From NCBI GenBank assembly GCA_045125595.1, contig JBGVNN010000040.1:6735-70734 (forward strand): a DNA stretch of 64,000 nt. The letters run 5' to 3'. Positions 10,438-20,512 of this stretch are shown here, one piece after another (positions within the stretch are counted from its first letter, which is position 1; every line of letters starts with the position of its first letter). Position numbers and translations under genes: made by a program. The notes under the pieces were generated by a model, which was not told where the DNA came from, did no database searches, and saw nothing but the letters and a program-made list of their open reading frames with translations. The DNA is from Candidatus Egerieisoma sp. (GTDB lineage Bacteria; Bacillota; Clostridia; UBA1212; UBA1255).

Positions 10438-11742
10438 ATGACAAAAAACAAGTCTGTATACCACAATATAACATTTCGATTTGTATTTATACTGTTAACA
10501 GCTTGCATTGTTTTGTCTGTTTTTTCTGTCATGCCTGCAAACGCGATTGAAAGCCCCGGTTTTTCGTATATTATATATGAAAGTGATACAAAGCAGACAC
10601 TTGAAAAGCAAAACATTGATGTTTCTGCAGATTGTTCTTTGTTGGCAAGATTAATGACATGTTTGCTAATATACGAAAGTCCTGCCGTATCAGTTACCGA
10701 TTATGTTTCTCCGTCGGAGGATAGTGTTTCATTGTCGGGGCGTTATTCTCTTTTTGCTTCAAATCAGTATATGGTTGATCATTTACTAAAAGCAGTAATT
10801 CTATGCAATGCAGACAATGCAGCGCGTGTTCTTGCAGAAAAATTAAATCCCAACAAAGAGTATTTCGTGTCTTTGATGAATCAAAAAGCCATAGAAATCG
10901 GCATGAAAAACACATATTTTACAAACCCGGACGGAGCTCCTGACGAACTTCAACGTACAACTGTTTCTGACATGTCACTTTTTTGGGCATATGCCATGTC
11001 AAATGTACAATTTCGCAATACTGCCGCAAATCCGGCTGCACATATTTGGGGCGGTACTGCAGTACTAAACGAATGTAAACTTGTGGCAAACAATACTTTT
11101 GTAAACGCCGCTCTGACAGCCGGGGCGATTTCCGTATATAACGAAACAGACAACTTATCGACGACAATGTTTTATTTTGTAAGCAATCAAACAGATAATA
11201 CACCTGCTGTGAGATTGACCCTTGTAATGACCGGAATTCCTGCCGATGCTTCGTATGATTCGGGCAAAGATTTTATTAATAATATTTTCGATAATTATGT
11301 TAAGACTGCCATAGTAAAAAAATCAGAAACTGTTATAACAACAAGAGTTGGCAAGAGCGAGCTACTGATAAATGCAAACGAAACGTGTTATTGTATGATA
11401 CCGGCAGATGTCAGCGATTATGTAGAAAATATAAGTTACAATATTTTAAGTACAAATGCAGGGGCTGCCGCTCCGGAAAATTCTCTTACTTTCGATGATC
11501 TTGATGCACCTATCGAAGAAGGGACTTTAATAGGTACAGTCAACTATTTGTTAAAGGACGGTAGTATTCATTCTGTTGGCATCATAGCCGGCAACAGTGT
11601 GCATTCTGACTATAAAGCAATTAATTTCTTTTATAAAATAATACAAGAAAACACCGATATCTTTGTATTGATATCGGTGCTTGTAATCATTGAGATTTCT
11701 CTCTTAATCGGTTTTATTATCAACAAATTAAGAAAAAATTAA
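10438..11742 (+). CDS. S11 D-alanyl-D-alanine carboxypeptidase homologue, apparently catalytically degenerate
   Basis: N-terminal signal/anchor, family blocks LMNQKAIEIGMKNTYFTNPDGAP and NAARVLAE, and a C-terminal TM helix. By-eye alignment to PBP5-type enzymes shows SxxK, SxN and KTG all substituted (see findings). Confidence 0.7.
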   Translation: MTKNKSVYHNITFRFVFILLTACIVLSVFSVMPANAIESPGFSYIIYESDTKQTLEKQNIDVSADCSLLARLMTCLLIYESPAVSVTDYVSPSEDSVSLSGRYSLFASNQYMVDHLLKAVILCNADNAARVLAEKLNPNKEYFVSLMNQKAIEIGMKNTYFTNPDGAPDELQRTTVSDMSLFWAYAMSNVQFRNTAANPAAHIWGGTAVLNECKLVANNTFVNAALTAGAISVYNETDNLSTTMFYFVSNQTDNTPAVRLTLVMTGIPADASYDSGKDFINNIFDNYVKTAIVKKSETVITTRVGKSELLINANETCYCMIPADVSDYVENISYNILSTNAGAAAPENSLTFDDLDAPIEEGTLIGTVNYLLKDGSIHSVGIIAGNSVHSDYKAINFFYKIIQENTDIFVLISVLVIIEISLLIGFIINKLRKN

Positions 11743-12678
11743 TTAAGCTTTGCCGTTGCAGCCAAGAACATTAACGAGCTTATGTTTAACCAAAGACTTA
11801 ATGTTAGCTCTTGCGGGCTTGAGATATTGTCTGGGGTCAAAGTCAGAAGGAGCTTCTGCGAAGTGCTCTCTGATAGCTGCTGTCATAGCAAGACGAAGGT
11901 CAGAGTCAATGTTAATCTTACATACTGCCATTGAAGCTGCTTTTCTGAGCATATCCTCAGGGATACCGATAGCATCAGGCATTTTGCCGCCGAATTTGTT
12001 GATTGTCTCAACGTACTCAGGAATAACTGATGAAGCACCGTGAAGAACGATCGGGAATCCGGGAAGTTTCTTCTCTACTTCTTCGAGAATATCAAATCTG
12101 AGTTGTGGCTTTTGACCGGGTTTGAATTTATATGCACCATGGCTTGTACCGATAGCGATAGCCAATGAGTCAACACCTGTTCTTGAAACGAACTCTTCAA
12201 CTTCTTCAGGTCTTGTATAAGAAGCATCCTCAGCAGATACATTAACTGCATCCTCGATACCTGCAAGACGACCAAGCTCACCCTCTACTGTAACGCCTCT
12301 TTCATGAGCGTACTCAACAACTTTTTTTGTAAGAGCGATGTTATCTTCAAATGAGTGATGTGAACCATCGATCATAACTGATGTGAAACCACCGTCGATA
12401 CATGATTTACAAAGCTCGAATGAATCACCGTGATCCAAGTGGAGACAGATAGGAAGATCTGTTTCGATGATAGCTGCTTCAACCAACTTTATAAGATATG
12501 TGTGGTTAGCGTATTTTCTTGCACCTGCGGAAACTTGAAGAATAAGGGGAGCATTTTCCTCTTTAGCTGCTTCAGTAATTCCTTGAATAATTTCCATGTT
12601 GTTTACATTAAAAGCACCGATAGCGTATCCGCCTTTATATGCTTTTTCAAACATTTCCTTTGATGTTACCAATGGCAT
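11743..12678 (-). CDS. fba: class II fructose-bisphosphate aldolase
   Basis: 311 aa. Blocks GAFNVNNME, ICLHLDHG and VLHGASS. Strong RBS AAAGGAG. Confidence 0.92.
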   Translation of the reverse strand: MPLVTSKEMFEKAYKGGYAIGAFNVNNMEIIQGITEAAKEENAPLILQVSAGARKYANHTYLIKLVEAAIIETDLPICLHLDHGDSFELCKSCIDGGFTSVMIDGSHHSFEDNIALTKKVVEYAHERGVTVEGELGRLAGIEDAVNVSAEDASYTRPEEVEEFVSRTGVDSLAIAIGTSHGAYKFKPGQKPQLRFDILEEVEKKLPGFPIVLHGASSVIPEYVETINKFGGKMPDAIGIPEDMLRKAASMAVCKINIDSDLRLAMTAAIREHFAEAPSDFDPRQYLKPARANIKSLVKHKLVNVLGCNGKA

Positions 12679-12836
12679 GAATGAACAACTCCTTTAATCA
12701 TAATTAATATTTATTTTGATACATTAAATATCTTTATTATTATACAGCTATGGTTTCAAAATGCAAGCATTTAATATGATTTTTCTTTTTGTGTAAAAAT
12801 TTTTTCGTAAATCGACAAAAATACTCTAAATACATA

Positions 12837-12864
12837 TTGACAGCTATATATTTTTTGCTATAAT
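12837..12864 (+). promoter_or_regulatory. sigma-A type promoter for the regulator-potABCD operon
   Basis: TTGACA (12837..12842), a 16-nt spacer, then TATAAT (12859..12864), about 60 nt upstream of the regulator start. Confidence 0.55.
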
Positions 12865-12924
12865 TTCTTTCGCAAGTTTAGCTAATCTAAACGAAAAGTT
12901 TACTTTTATCAATCCAAATCGGAG

Positions 12925-13482
12925 GTGTTGAAATTGTCCGGTATTGCCATCGGTTCAAAAATACGAGATTTGCGCATTAAAAACGGTTTAACGCAAGAAG
13001 AACTTGCTAACAGAAGCGAGCTTTCAAAAGGTTTTATTTCACAACTTGAGAGCGAGCAAACATCTCCTTCAATCGCCACTTTAGTAGACATTTTAGAATG
13101 TTTGGGCACTAACTTAAAAGATTTTTTCAACGATTCTGTACAAGAAAAAATAGTTTTCACCAAGGATGACTATTTTTCAAGCGAAGACGAAGGTCTTGGC
13201 GAACGAATAACATGGATTGTTCCGAATGCACAAAAGAACGAAATGGAGCCGATTCTGATGAATCTTGCAAGCGGCGGTCACTCAGATCCGCACGATGCTC
13301 ACGAAGGAGAAGAGTTCGGCTATGTACTTGAAGGCTCTGTAATATTGCATTTGGGAGATGCAGTTTACAAAGTCAAGAAAGGCGAAAGCTTTTATTTCGA
13401 CCCCAAAAGAGTACACTATTTAGAAAACAAAAATGAACGTCCGGCAAAAATTTTGTGGATTTCCACCCCGCCGAGCTTTTAA
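12925..13482 (+). CDS. XRE-family HTH regulator with C-terminal cupin domain (PuuR-like)
   Basis: HTH block IRDLRIKNGLTQEELANRSELSKGFISQLE and a cupin-like C-terminus (HEGEEFGYVLEGSV...GESFYF). The real start may be TTG at 12934, 8 nt after GGAGG. Confidence 0.8.
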   Translation: MLKLSGIAIGSKIRDLRIKNGLTQEELANRSELSKGFISQLESEQTSPSIATLVDILECLGTNLKDFFNDSVQEKIVFTKDDYFSSEDEGLGERITWIVPNAQKNEMEPILMNLASGGHSDPHDAHEGEEFGYVLEGSVILHLGDAVYKVKKGESFYFDPKRVHYLENKNERPAKILWISTPPSF

Positions 13483-13516
13483 TCTACTGTATATATGCAC
13501 ATAAAGGAGTAATAAA

Positions 13517-14995
13517 ATGTCACATCATATCATTGATTTATTTAATATAACAAAAAGCTACGGCGACACAGAGGTTATCAAAGATTTAACTCTTTACATT
13601 CGCAAAAACGAGTTTATAACATTGCTCGGCCCCAGTGGTTGCGGCAAAACAACAACTTTGAGAATTATAAGCGGATTTGAGAAGCCGGATTCCGGACGTG
13701 TGCTTTTTGACGGAGTGGATATTACTGATTTACCACCCCACAAGAGAAAAGTAAATACAGTTTTTCAAAAGTATTCACTCTTTCCGCACATGAATATTTA
13801 TGAAAATATCGCATTCGGTCTAAGAATAAAAAAGATGCCTGAATCTCAGATACGAGAGAAAGTCAATAAAGTGCTTGAACTTGTAGAGCTCAGCGGTTTC
13901 CAAAAGAGAATGCCCGACTCTTTAAGCGGTGGTCAACAACAGCGTATTGCCATTGCACGTGCCATCGTAAACGAGCCTGAAGTATTACTTCTTGACGAGC
14001 CCTTGGGCGCACTTGACTTAAAGTTGCGTAAAGAAATGCAAGTCGAGCTCAAAGCACTTCAACAAAAAACAGGTATCACATTTATTTATGTCACACACGA
14101 TCAAGAAGAAGCACTTACGATGTCAGATACAATTGTTGTTATGAACAATGGTGTTATTCAGCAAATCGGTGTACCTACAGATATATATAACGAACCGAAA
14201 AATGCTTTTGTCGCACAGTTTATCGGTGACAGCAACCTTCTTTCAGGTGTTATGATAAAAGACTGTCTTTGTGAGTTTTCCGGTCGTACTTTTGAGTGTG
14301 TAGACAGAGGCTTTGAAAAAGAAGAAGATGTCGATATCGTTATTCGTCCCGAGGATATTAAGCTTGTCTCCCCTGCTGACGGAATGCTTACGGGTACTGT
14401 CATCAGCGCGCTTTTCAAGGGTGTACATTATGAGATGATTGTAGAAGCATCCGACGGCTTTAAATGGAAGGTTCACAGCACACAAATCACTCCCCCCGAT
14501 ACGGTTGTCGGCATGAATATAGCACCATTTGACATTCAAATAATGAAAATACCATTTAATACCCTTACAGGTTGGATTTTACCTGATAACAAGGTAGACA
14601 TCGGCAATACAATTTTGGATTATGATTTAACATCAGGCAATCGCGCAGCCACTGAGTTTGAAGATGAGGAAACAGTCAATGTTTATGTACTTCCTCAGCA
14701 TATTGAGGTTATTACAATGCCAAAAGCGTCAAACAACAGTAAAGGTAAAGCTCCCGCGCAAGTTTCCGAAGACATACCTGAAAATACTCCGAATGTTTTT
14801 GAAGGTGAAGTAGAGACATTTAAGTACAAAGGAGACGATTTTGAAATCCAAGTAAAATGTGATGATATTTCATTACTTGTTCATACATATACAAAGGTAA
14901 GTGTAGGCGAGAAAGTAAAGCTTCGTATACCTGCGGATAAAATAAAAATCAAAAAAAGAGAGGAGATCAGCGAAATTGTCGAAGAGAATCAATAA
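13517..14995 (+). CDS. potA: spermidine/putrescine ABC transporter ATPase with extra C-terminal domain
   Basis: Walker [10 protein letters not shown], signature LSGGQQQR, Walker B LLLDEP, a TOBE-like region, and then about 148 extra residues. Confidence 0.88.
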   Translation: MSHHIIDLFNITKSYGDTEVIKDLTLYIRKNEFITLLGPSGCGKTTTLRIISGFEKPDSGRVLFDGVDITDLPPHKRKVNTVFQKYSLFPHMNIYENIAFGLRIKKMPESQIREKVNKVLELVELSGFQKRMPDSLSGGQQQRIAIARAIVNEPEVLLLDEPLGALDLKLRKEMQVELKALQQKTGITFIYVTHDQEEALTMSDTIVVMNNGVIQQIGVPTDIYNEPKNAFVAQFIGDSNLLSGVMIKDCLCEFSGRTFECVDRGFEKEEDVDIVIRPEDIKLVSPADGMLTGTVISALFKGVHYEMIVEASDGFKWKVHSTQITPPDTVVGMNIAPFDIQIMKIPFNTLTGWILPDNKVDIGNTILDYDLTSGNRAATEFEDEETVNVYVLPQHIEVITMPKASNNSKGKAPAQVSEDIPENTPNVFEGEVETFKYKGDDFEIQVKCDDISLLVHTYTKVSVGEKVKLRIPADKIKIKKREEISEIVEENQ

Positions 14996-15833
14996 TGCTT
15001 TAAAATGTATTCCTGTATATTTGTGGCTTATTATTTTTACGGTTGTTCCGCTTCTGATGGTCTTCTTCTATGCCATTTTTGAGGTTCAGGACGACGGTGG
15101 CATCAAATTTACACTGGAGTATCTTAAAGAAGCCGTAAGCAACAGCCAATATCTTGATGCAATACTCCGCTCTTTGGAATATGCTTTTATCAGTACATTG
15201 GTGTGTCTTGTTTTGGGTTATCCGTTAGCTTTTATTTTAGCCAATCTGGAGGAGCGCAAACGTAATTTCATTTCCGTATTGTTTTTGCTGCCTATGTGGA
15301 TGAATTTCTTAATAAGAACTTACGCCTTGTCCTCTCTTATAAACGAGCAAGGTATTATTACCAGGTTTTTACAATGGCTGAATTTGATAGACAGTAGCAT
15401 CACAGGTACAGAAGCTGCGATAATTATCGGTATGGTATACAACTTCCTGCCGTTTATGATACTTCCTGTTTATACTTCGATGCTCAAGATTGATAACAGA
15501 ATTGTTGAAGCAGCCAGAGATTTGGGAGCAGATACTTTTACGGTATTTAAAAAAATAATATTACCGCTTACTGTTCCCGGTATTATTTCAGGTATAACAA
15601 TGGTTTTCGTGCCATGTATTACAACATTCGTAATACCTCAATTATTAAACAACAAAGTTTGGACTATAGGTAGCTTGATTGAATTCCAAATTAACGGTAA
15701 TGCAAGCAGTACGGGCGGCGTAAACAATACTGCCGCAGCAATATCATTTATTCTTATGATTATTGTTTTTATCTGTATGTCAATTTTCAGTAAATTCGAC
15801 AGCGATGGTGCTGAGAACGGAGGTTTGATGTGA
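14976..15833 (+). CDS. potB: spermidine/putrescine ABC transporter permease
   Basis: Multi-TM protein with EAA loop [20 protein letters not shown]. It overlaps the potA stop. Confidence 0.85.
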   Translation: MSKRINNALKCIPVYLWLIIFTVVPLLMVFFYAIFEVQDDGGIKFTLEYLKEAVSNSQYLDAILRSLEYAFISTLVCLVLGYPLAFILANLEERKRNFISVLFLLPMWMNFLIRTYALSSLINEQGIITRFLQWLNLIDSSITGTEAAIIIGMVYNFLPFMILPVYTSMLKIDNRIVEAARDLGADTFTVFKKIILPLTVPGIISGITMVFVPCITTFVIPQLLNNKVWTIGSLIEFQINGNASSTGGVNNTAAAISFILMIIVFICMSIFSKFDSDGAENGGLM

Positions 15834-16603
15834 TTAAATTTTTAAAACGTTTTTATCTCGGTTTAATATTACTTTTCTTGTACGCACCTATACTCGTGAT
15901 GATTTTATTTTCGTTTAACAAAGGCGATACTCGTGCAAACTTTACCGGATTATCTTTCCAATGGTATACAAAGATGTTCGAAAACAGCACTTTAATGGAA
16001 GCTTTGATAAATACTTTGGTTGTAGCGCTTTGTGCATCTGTAATTGCTACAATTTTAGGTACATATATTGCTTTTATAATTGCAAAAATGTCACCTGCAA
16101 ACAAAAGCATTTCAATGAAGCTTTTGAACATACCTATGCTTAATGCCGAGATAGTTACGGGTGTTTCACTCATGTTTTTCTTTGTATTTATATCTGTCTC
16201 ATTAGGCTTCACTACACTTTTAATTGCACATATAATTTTCGATGTACCTTATGTTGTACTGTCAGTACTTCCCAGAATAAGGCAGTCAAATAAAAGTGTG
16301 TATGAAGCAGCATTGGATTTGGGAGCTACACCTGCAATGGCTTTTCGTAAAGTTTTATTGCCGGAAATAATGCCGGGTATATTCTCAGGCGCTTTGCTTG
16401 CATTCACAATGTCTTTTGATGACTTTATAATTAGCTATTACACATCGGGTCCGGGATTTGTAACATTGTCTGTTTACATAAATACAATGACAAAACGAGC
16501 AATTCCTCTTACCATAAATGCCCTTTCGACATTTATCTTTGTATTGGTATTTATTTTACTTCTGGTAACAAACTTAAAAGGCAAAAAATCTACAGATAAT
16601 TAA
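15830..16603 (+). CDS. potC: spermidine/putrescine ABC transporter permease
   Basis: Multi-TM protein with EAA loop EAALDLGATPAMAFRKVLLP. There is a 4-nt overlap with potB. Confidence 0.85.
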   Translation: MIKFLKRFYLGLILLFLYAPILVMILFSFNKGDTRANFTGLSFQWYTKMFENSTLMEALINTLVVALCASVIATILGTYIAFIIAKMSPANKSISMKLLNIPMLNAEIVTGVSLMFFFVFISVSLGFTTLLIAHIIFDVPYVVLSVLPRIRQSNKSVYEAALDLGATPAMAFRKVLLPEIMPGIFSGALLAFTMSFDDFIISYYTSGPGFVTLSVYINTMTKRAIPLTINALSTFIFVLVFILLLVTNLKGKKSTDN

Positions 16604-16623
16604 ATTACTTTGGAGGTTACAAA

Positions 16624-17829
16624 ATGAAAAAATTTTCATTATTTTCAACACGTATTTTTACACTTGTAATGATAGCAATGATTACGCTGTCATGCTTCCC
16701 TACTCCTGCAAGTGCAGCAAAAACAGAGCTTTACATCTTTAACTGCGGTGACTATATTGCAGAGACAACAGTAGAAAAATTCGAAAAAGCTTATCCTGAG
16801 TACGAGGTAATATACGAAGTTTTTGACACTAACGAAGCCATGTATCAAAAACTTGTAAGCAGCAATATTCCTTATGATGTACTCATTCCTTCAGACTACA
16901 TGATAGAGCGTCTTATCAAAGAAGATCGTCTCAAAGAAATTGATATGTCAAAGCTTGAGAATTATAAATACATCGGTGAAGCTTATAAAAACACAAATTA
17001 CGATCCGGACAACAAATATTCGATACCTTATATGTGGGGTACACTCGGTATCCTTTATAACAAAGAAAAAGTAACTGAAACTGTGGACAGTTGGTCCATC
17101 CTTTGGGACGAGAAATACTCAGGTCAAATACTCATGCTCGATTCAATGCGTGATTCTATGGCAGTTGCTCTTAAAAAATTAGGATACGATCTTAATACTA
17201 CAAACCAAGCCGAAATCGATGCTGCCGCAAAAGCACTTGTTGAACAAAAACCTCTTGTTGCAGAATATGGCGTTGATATACTCAAAGATAAAATGATTCA
17301 AGGCTCATACTCATTTACAGTTGCATATTCAGGTGATGCTTTATATATGCAAAATCAAAACGCAGAGCTTAATGGCGGAGAATCTGTTTTGGAATATGTT
17401 ATTCCCAAAGAAGGCAGCAACTTTTGGATTGACGCGATGTGCATTCCGAAAACAAGTAAAAATACTGAAGGTGCAATGAAGTTTATCGACTTTATGTGTT
17501 CTACCGAAATAGCTTTTGACAATGTTGAATATATCGAATATTCTACACCTCACACAGAAGCTTTAAAGGAGCTTGGCGAAGATTATATCAACAATAATAT
17601 ATACAATCCTTCTGCTGAAATTTTGGCTAATTGCGATCCTTTTGCGTATCTTGAACCCGATGTTCAAGAATCCTATAACAAAGCATGGGAATCTGTTCGT
17701 CTTGCATCCAAAGGCGGTTCATCATATACAAAATGGATTGTAATCGGTGTTATAGCCGCAGTTATAATTGTTCTTGTTGTAGTATTTGTTCTTTATAAAA
17801 AGAAAATGAACAAACTCAAATACGACTGA
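16624..17829 (+). CDS. potD: polyamine-binding periplasmic-type substrate-binding protein with C-terminal TM anchor
   Basis: PotD/PotF-like sequence (YDVLIPSDYMIERL, IPYMWGTLGILYN). Signal peptide ends ASA-AK with no lipobox. C-terminal helix WIVIGVIAAVIIVLVVVFVLY. Confidence 0.85.
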   Translation: MKKFSLFSTRIFTLVMIAMITLSCFPTPASAAKTELYIFNCGDYIAETTVEKFEKAYPEYEVIYEVFDTNEAMYQKLVSSNIPYDVLIPSDYMIERLIKEDRLKEIDMSKLENYKYIGEAYKNTNYDPDNKYSIPYMWGTLGILYNKEKVTETVDSWSILWDEKYSGQILMLDSMRDSMAVALKKLGYDLNTTNQAEIDAAAKALVEQKPLVAEYGVDILKDKMIQGSYSFTVAYSGDALYMQNQNAELNGGESVLEYVIPKEGSNFWIDAMCIPKTSKNTEGAMKFIDFMCSTEIAFDNVEYIEYSTPHTEALKELGEDYINNNIYNPSAEILANCDPFAYLEPDVQESYNKAWESVRLASKGGSSYTKWIVIGVIAAVIIVLVVVFVLYKKKMNKLKYD

Positions 17830-17860
17830 TAAAGATTCAGTAAATTATTAAGATTTATAC

Positions 17861-17898
17861 AAAAAGGCTGCCTCGATAAAAGGCAGCCTTTTTGTTTT
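17861..17898. terminator. bidirectional rho-independent terminator
   Basis: AAGGCTGCCT (17864..17873), a 7-nt loop, then AGGCAGCCTT (17881..17890). It is flanked by an A-run upstream and a T-run downstream, and serves potD (+) and the small Cys-rich ORF (-). Confidence 0.75.
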
Positions 17899-17928
17899 GC
17901 TTTTAGGCAATCATTTCATACAAAGTAC

Positions 17929-18063
17929 TTAGCAACCGCAACCATTGTTAGCAGGGCAACCGCAATCGCAACCGTCGTCACTGAGTACAGCAAGAATAGC
18001 TACAATAAGAATGATCCACCAAAGGCAATCCTGGTTTATAAAATCAAAGCAACCGCATTTCAT
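17929..18063 (-). CDS. 44-aa cysteine-rich small membrane peptide (absent from the ORF track)
   Basis: My reverse translation gives MKCGCFDFINQDCLWWIILIVAILAVLSDDGCDCGCPANNGCGC. RBS GGAGGAAACGAAATATG. Its stop lies 31 nt before the terminator at 17861..17898. Confidence 0.6.
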   Translation of the reverse strand: MKCGCFDFINQDCLWWIILIVAILAVLSDDGCDCGCPANNGCGC

Positions 18064-18213
18064 ATTTCGTTTCCTCCGGATTCAATCGTTACAATTACAT
18101 ACTATGCTGTTTGAGGAATAGGTGTCACTCATTTTTATTACAAATTTTCTTGATTAATATTATTCGTTGTTGTATTATTTCTTTTATAAAAAGCTTAGAA
18201 TCGGTGGTATTTT

Positions 18214-19209
18214 ATGGATAACATCAACTTAAAAATCATTACATCCACATCTTTTAATCCTTGGTTTAATCTTGCATTGGAAGAACATTTATATAATACA
18301 ATTGAAGAAAACTCCGTAATATTGTTTTTATGGCAAAATAAAAATACAGTCGTTATAGGCAAATCACAAAATGCTTGGAAAGAATGTCGTATTTCTGCCT
18401 TAGAAGCAGACAATGGTAAGTTAGCGAGGCGCCCTTCAGGCGGTGGTGCAGTGTATCACGATGCAGGAAATATGTGTTACACATTTATTGCTTCGTCCGG
18501 ACTATACAATTTAGAACGACAACTTTCTGTTATACTTGAAGCAGTAAAAGCTCACGGAATTTCCGCTGAGTTCACGGGACGCAACGACATTGTTACATCA
18601 GAAGGTCGTAAGTTCTCAGGTAATGCTTTTAGATTTTCAGGCAATAAAGGTCTTATGCACGGTACGCTTTTACTTGATACAGACTCAGATAAAATGTCCA
18701 AATATCTTCAGGTCTCCCCTGCCAAAATGAAAGCAAAAGGCGTAAATTCCGTCCGTTCGCGCGTTATTAACCTCATCGAACTAAACAGCAACATTACTCC
18801 ACAATCAATCAAAACCGCCCTCAAAGAGGCATTTCGCGCAGAATACGGCAATTCAAAAGTAGAAATCGTTTATGGCGAAGATGACTTCCCGACTGAAGTA
18901 GCCGTTTTGTACGAAAAATACTCTTCTTGGGAATGGCGCATGGGAGAAACACCTCATTTCGATGTATCTTTTGAAACAAGATTTCCGTGGGGATGTTTTG
19001 AAATTGCTTTTACTGCAGAATCAGGCTACATTGACAAACTTGAAATATTTACCGATGCAATGGATCCCGAACTTGCAAGTAAAATAAAAAACAGCCTTGC
19101 GGGAAGCAGGCTGTCTTATGACGACATTTGTTTAAAGCTCTCTTCTGCCCTTTCAAATACGCCTGGTATAGCAAACGATTTAAAAGATTGGCTTAAAGAT
19201 ATTTTATAA
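18214..19209 (+). CDS. lplA: lipoate-protein ligase A
   Basis: 331 aa. Blocks LARRPSGGGAVYHDAGN and KFSGNAF are typical LplA/LipB-family motifs. Confidence 0.85.
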   Translation: MDNINLKIITSTSFNPWFNLALEEHLYNTIEENSVILFLWQNKNTVVIGKSQNAWKECRISALEADNGKLARRPSGGGAVYHDAGNMCYTFIASSGLYNLERQLSVILEAVKAHGISAEFTGRNDIVTSEGRKFSGNAFRFSGNKGLMHGTLLLDTDSDKMSKYLQVSPAKMKAKGVNSVRSRVINLIELNSNITPQSIKTALKEAFRAEYGNSKVEIVYGEDDFPTEVAVLYEKYSSWEWRMGETPHFDVSFETRFPWGCFEIAFTAESGYIDKLEIFTDAMDPELASKIKNSLAGSRLSYDDICLKLSSALSNTPGIANDLKDWLKDIL

Positions 19210-19211
19210 TA

Positions 19212-19703
19212 TTAATCCATACAACAATTCTTATACTTTTTACCGCTACCGCAAGGGCAAGGGTCATTTCTGCCTACTTTGTGGCTGACAGCTTGGCAAG
19301 ATTGTCTATACTCTCTCAAAAGAGTTGTTTTTTGATCCTCTGTCAAGATACCATCCCATTCAGGCAAAGTATAAAGCCATTCAGCTTTTGCTTTATGCAT
19401 ATTTTTATAAAGCTCATTCCATACGATTTTTAGTTCAACTTCACTGTCAGCCTCAAGCGCTTCAACATCAACCTGAGATTCAAGAGATGTGTTAATGCCA
19501 TCCGTAAAAGCACCAAACTCATCTGCTGTCAAACCTAACTTTTCAGCAAGTTCCGAAGCTTTTCCCGACAATACTTGCATTTTTTGATCTAAAATCATTG
19601 CATAAGCATCTTTTTCTTTTAAATAATACTCTTCAAGCATGCTTTGAGCATTTGCCGGAGTTGCTTTTTCGATACTTTGTTCCCAATTTTTATAAAGGCT
19701 CAT
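19212..19703 (-). CDS. SEC-C metal-binding motif protein
   Basis: C-terminal [28 protein letters not shown]. Confidence 0.75.
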   Translation of the reverse strand: MSLYKNWEQSIEKATPANAQSMLEEYYLKEKDAYAMILDQKMQVLSGKASELAEKLGLTADEFGAFTDGINTSLESQVDVEALEADSEVELKIVWNELYKNMHKAKAEWLYTLPEWDGILTEDQKTTLLREYRQSCQAVSHKVGRNDPCPCGSGKKYKNCCMD

Positions 19704-19721
19704 ATTTTTCCTCCTAAATTT

Positions 19722-20504
19722 TTATCTTTTTCTTCTGACTTCGTACATCATAAGTGCGGCTGCAACAGACGCATTGAGCGATTCAACACCCTTTGCCATA
19801 CTAATTGTCACAAGAGAATCACATTGTTTCAAAAGCGCATTAGAAAGACCATTTGCTTCATTACCTAATACAATAGCATTTTTTTCACTAAAGTCGGTAT
19901 TAAATAAATCTTTGCCCCCTCTGGGATGTGCCGCATACAGTTTAAAACCCTTGTGCTTCACTTCATCCGCTATATTGCAAAAATTACCTTTGCATTGTAT
20001 TGTTTTTATTTTAAAAAGACAGCCTACGGTCGAACGTACAACCTTTGGATTATAAACATCTACGCATCCATCAGAAGCAATTACTGCGCCAAACCCAGCT
20101 GCTGCTGCTGTACGAATCACGGTTCCCATGTTTCCGGGATCACGAACATCTTCTAACAGCAAAATAGCCTTTTCTTCTTTTAAAACAATTTGCAAATCGT
20201 ACTTTTTTATTTTACATACGGCCAAAATACCTTGTGGTGTTTTTGTTTCGGAAATATGCTTAAACAATGCATCAGAAAAAATTATCACCGGAATATGCAA
20301 ATTTTTTATTGCTAAAAAATCTTTTGATTTTTCAAACTCCTGCGAAATAATTATCTGTTTAACAACATTTGCATCAACTGCTTCTAGCACAGCTCTTTTT
20401 CCTTCAACAAAAAAGCACCCGGTGTGCTCTCTTGTACTTTTGTCCGACAAAGACAAAATGAATTTCACCGTATCATTATTTTTTGATGTAATAACCTCTG
20501 CCAT
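19722..20504 (-). CDS. TrmH/SpoU-family RNA 2'-O-methyltransferase
   Basis: 260 aa. SpoU-type blocks LLEDVRDPGNMGTVIRTAAAAG, VLGNEANGLS and ESLNASVAAALMMYE. Confidence 0.8.
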   Translation of the reverse strand: MAEVITSKNNDTVKFILSLSDKSTREHTGCFFVEGKRAVLEAVDANVVKQIIISQEFEKSKDFLAIKNLHIPVIIFSDALFKHISETKTPQGILAVCKIKKYDLQIVLKEEKAILLLEDVRDPGNMGTVIRTAAAAGFGAVIASDGCVDVYNPKVVRSTVGCLFKIKTIQCKGNFCNIADEVKHKGFKLYAAHPRGGKDLFNTDFSEKNAIVLGNEANGLSNALLKQCDSLVTISMAKGVESLNASVAAALMMYEVRRKR

Positions 20505-20512
20505 AACTGTTT

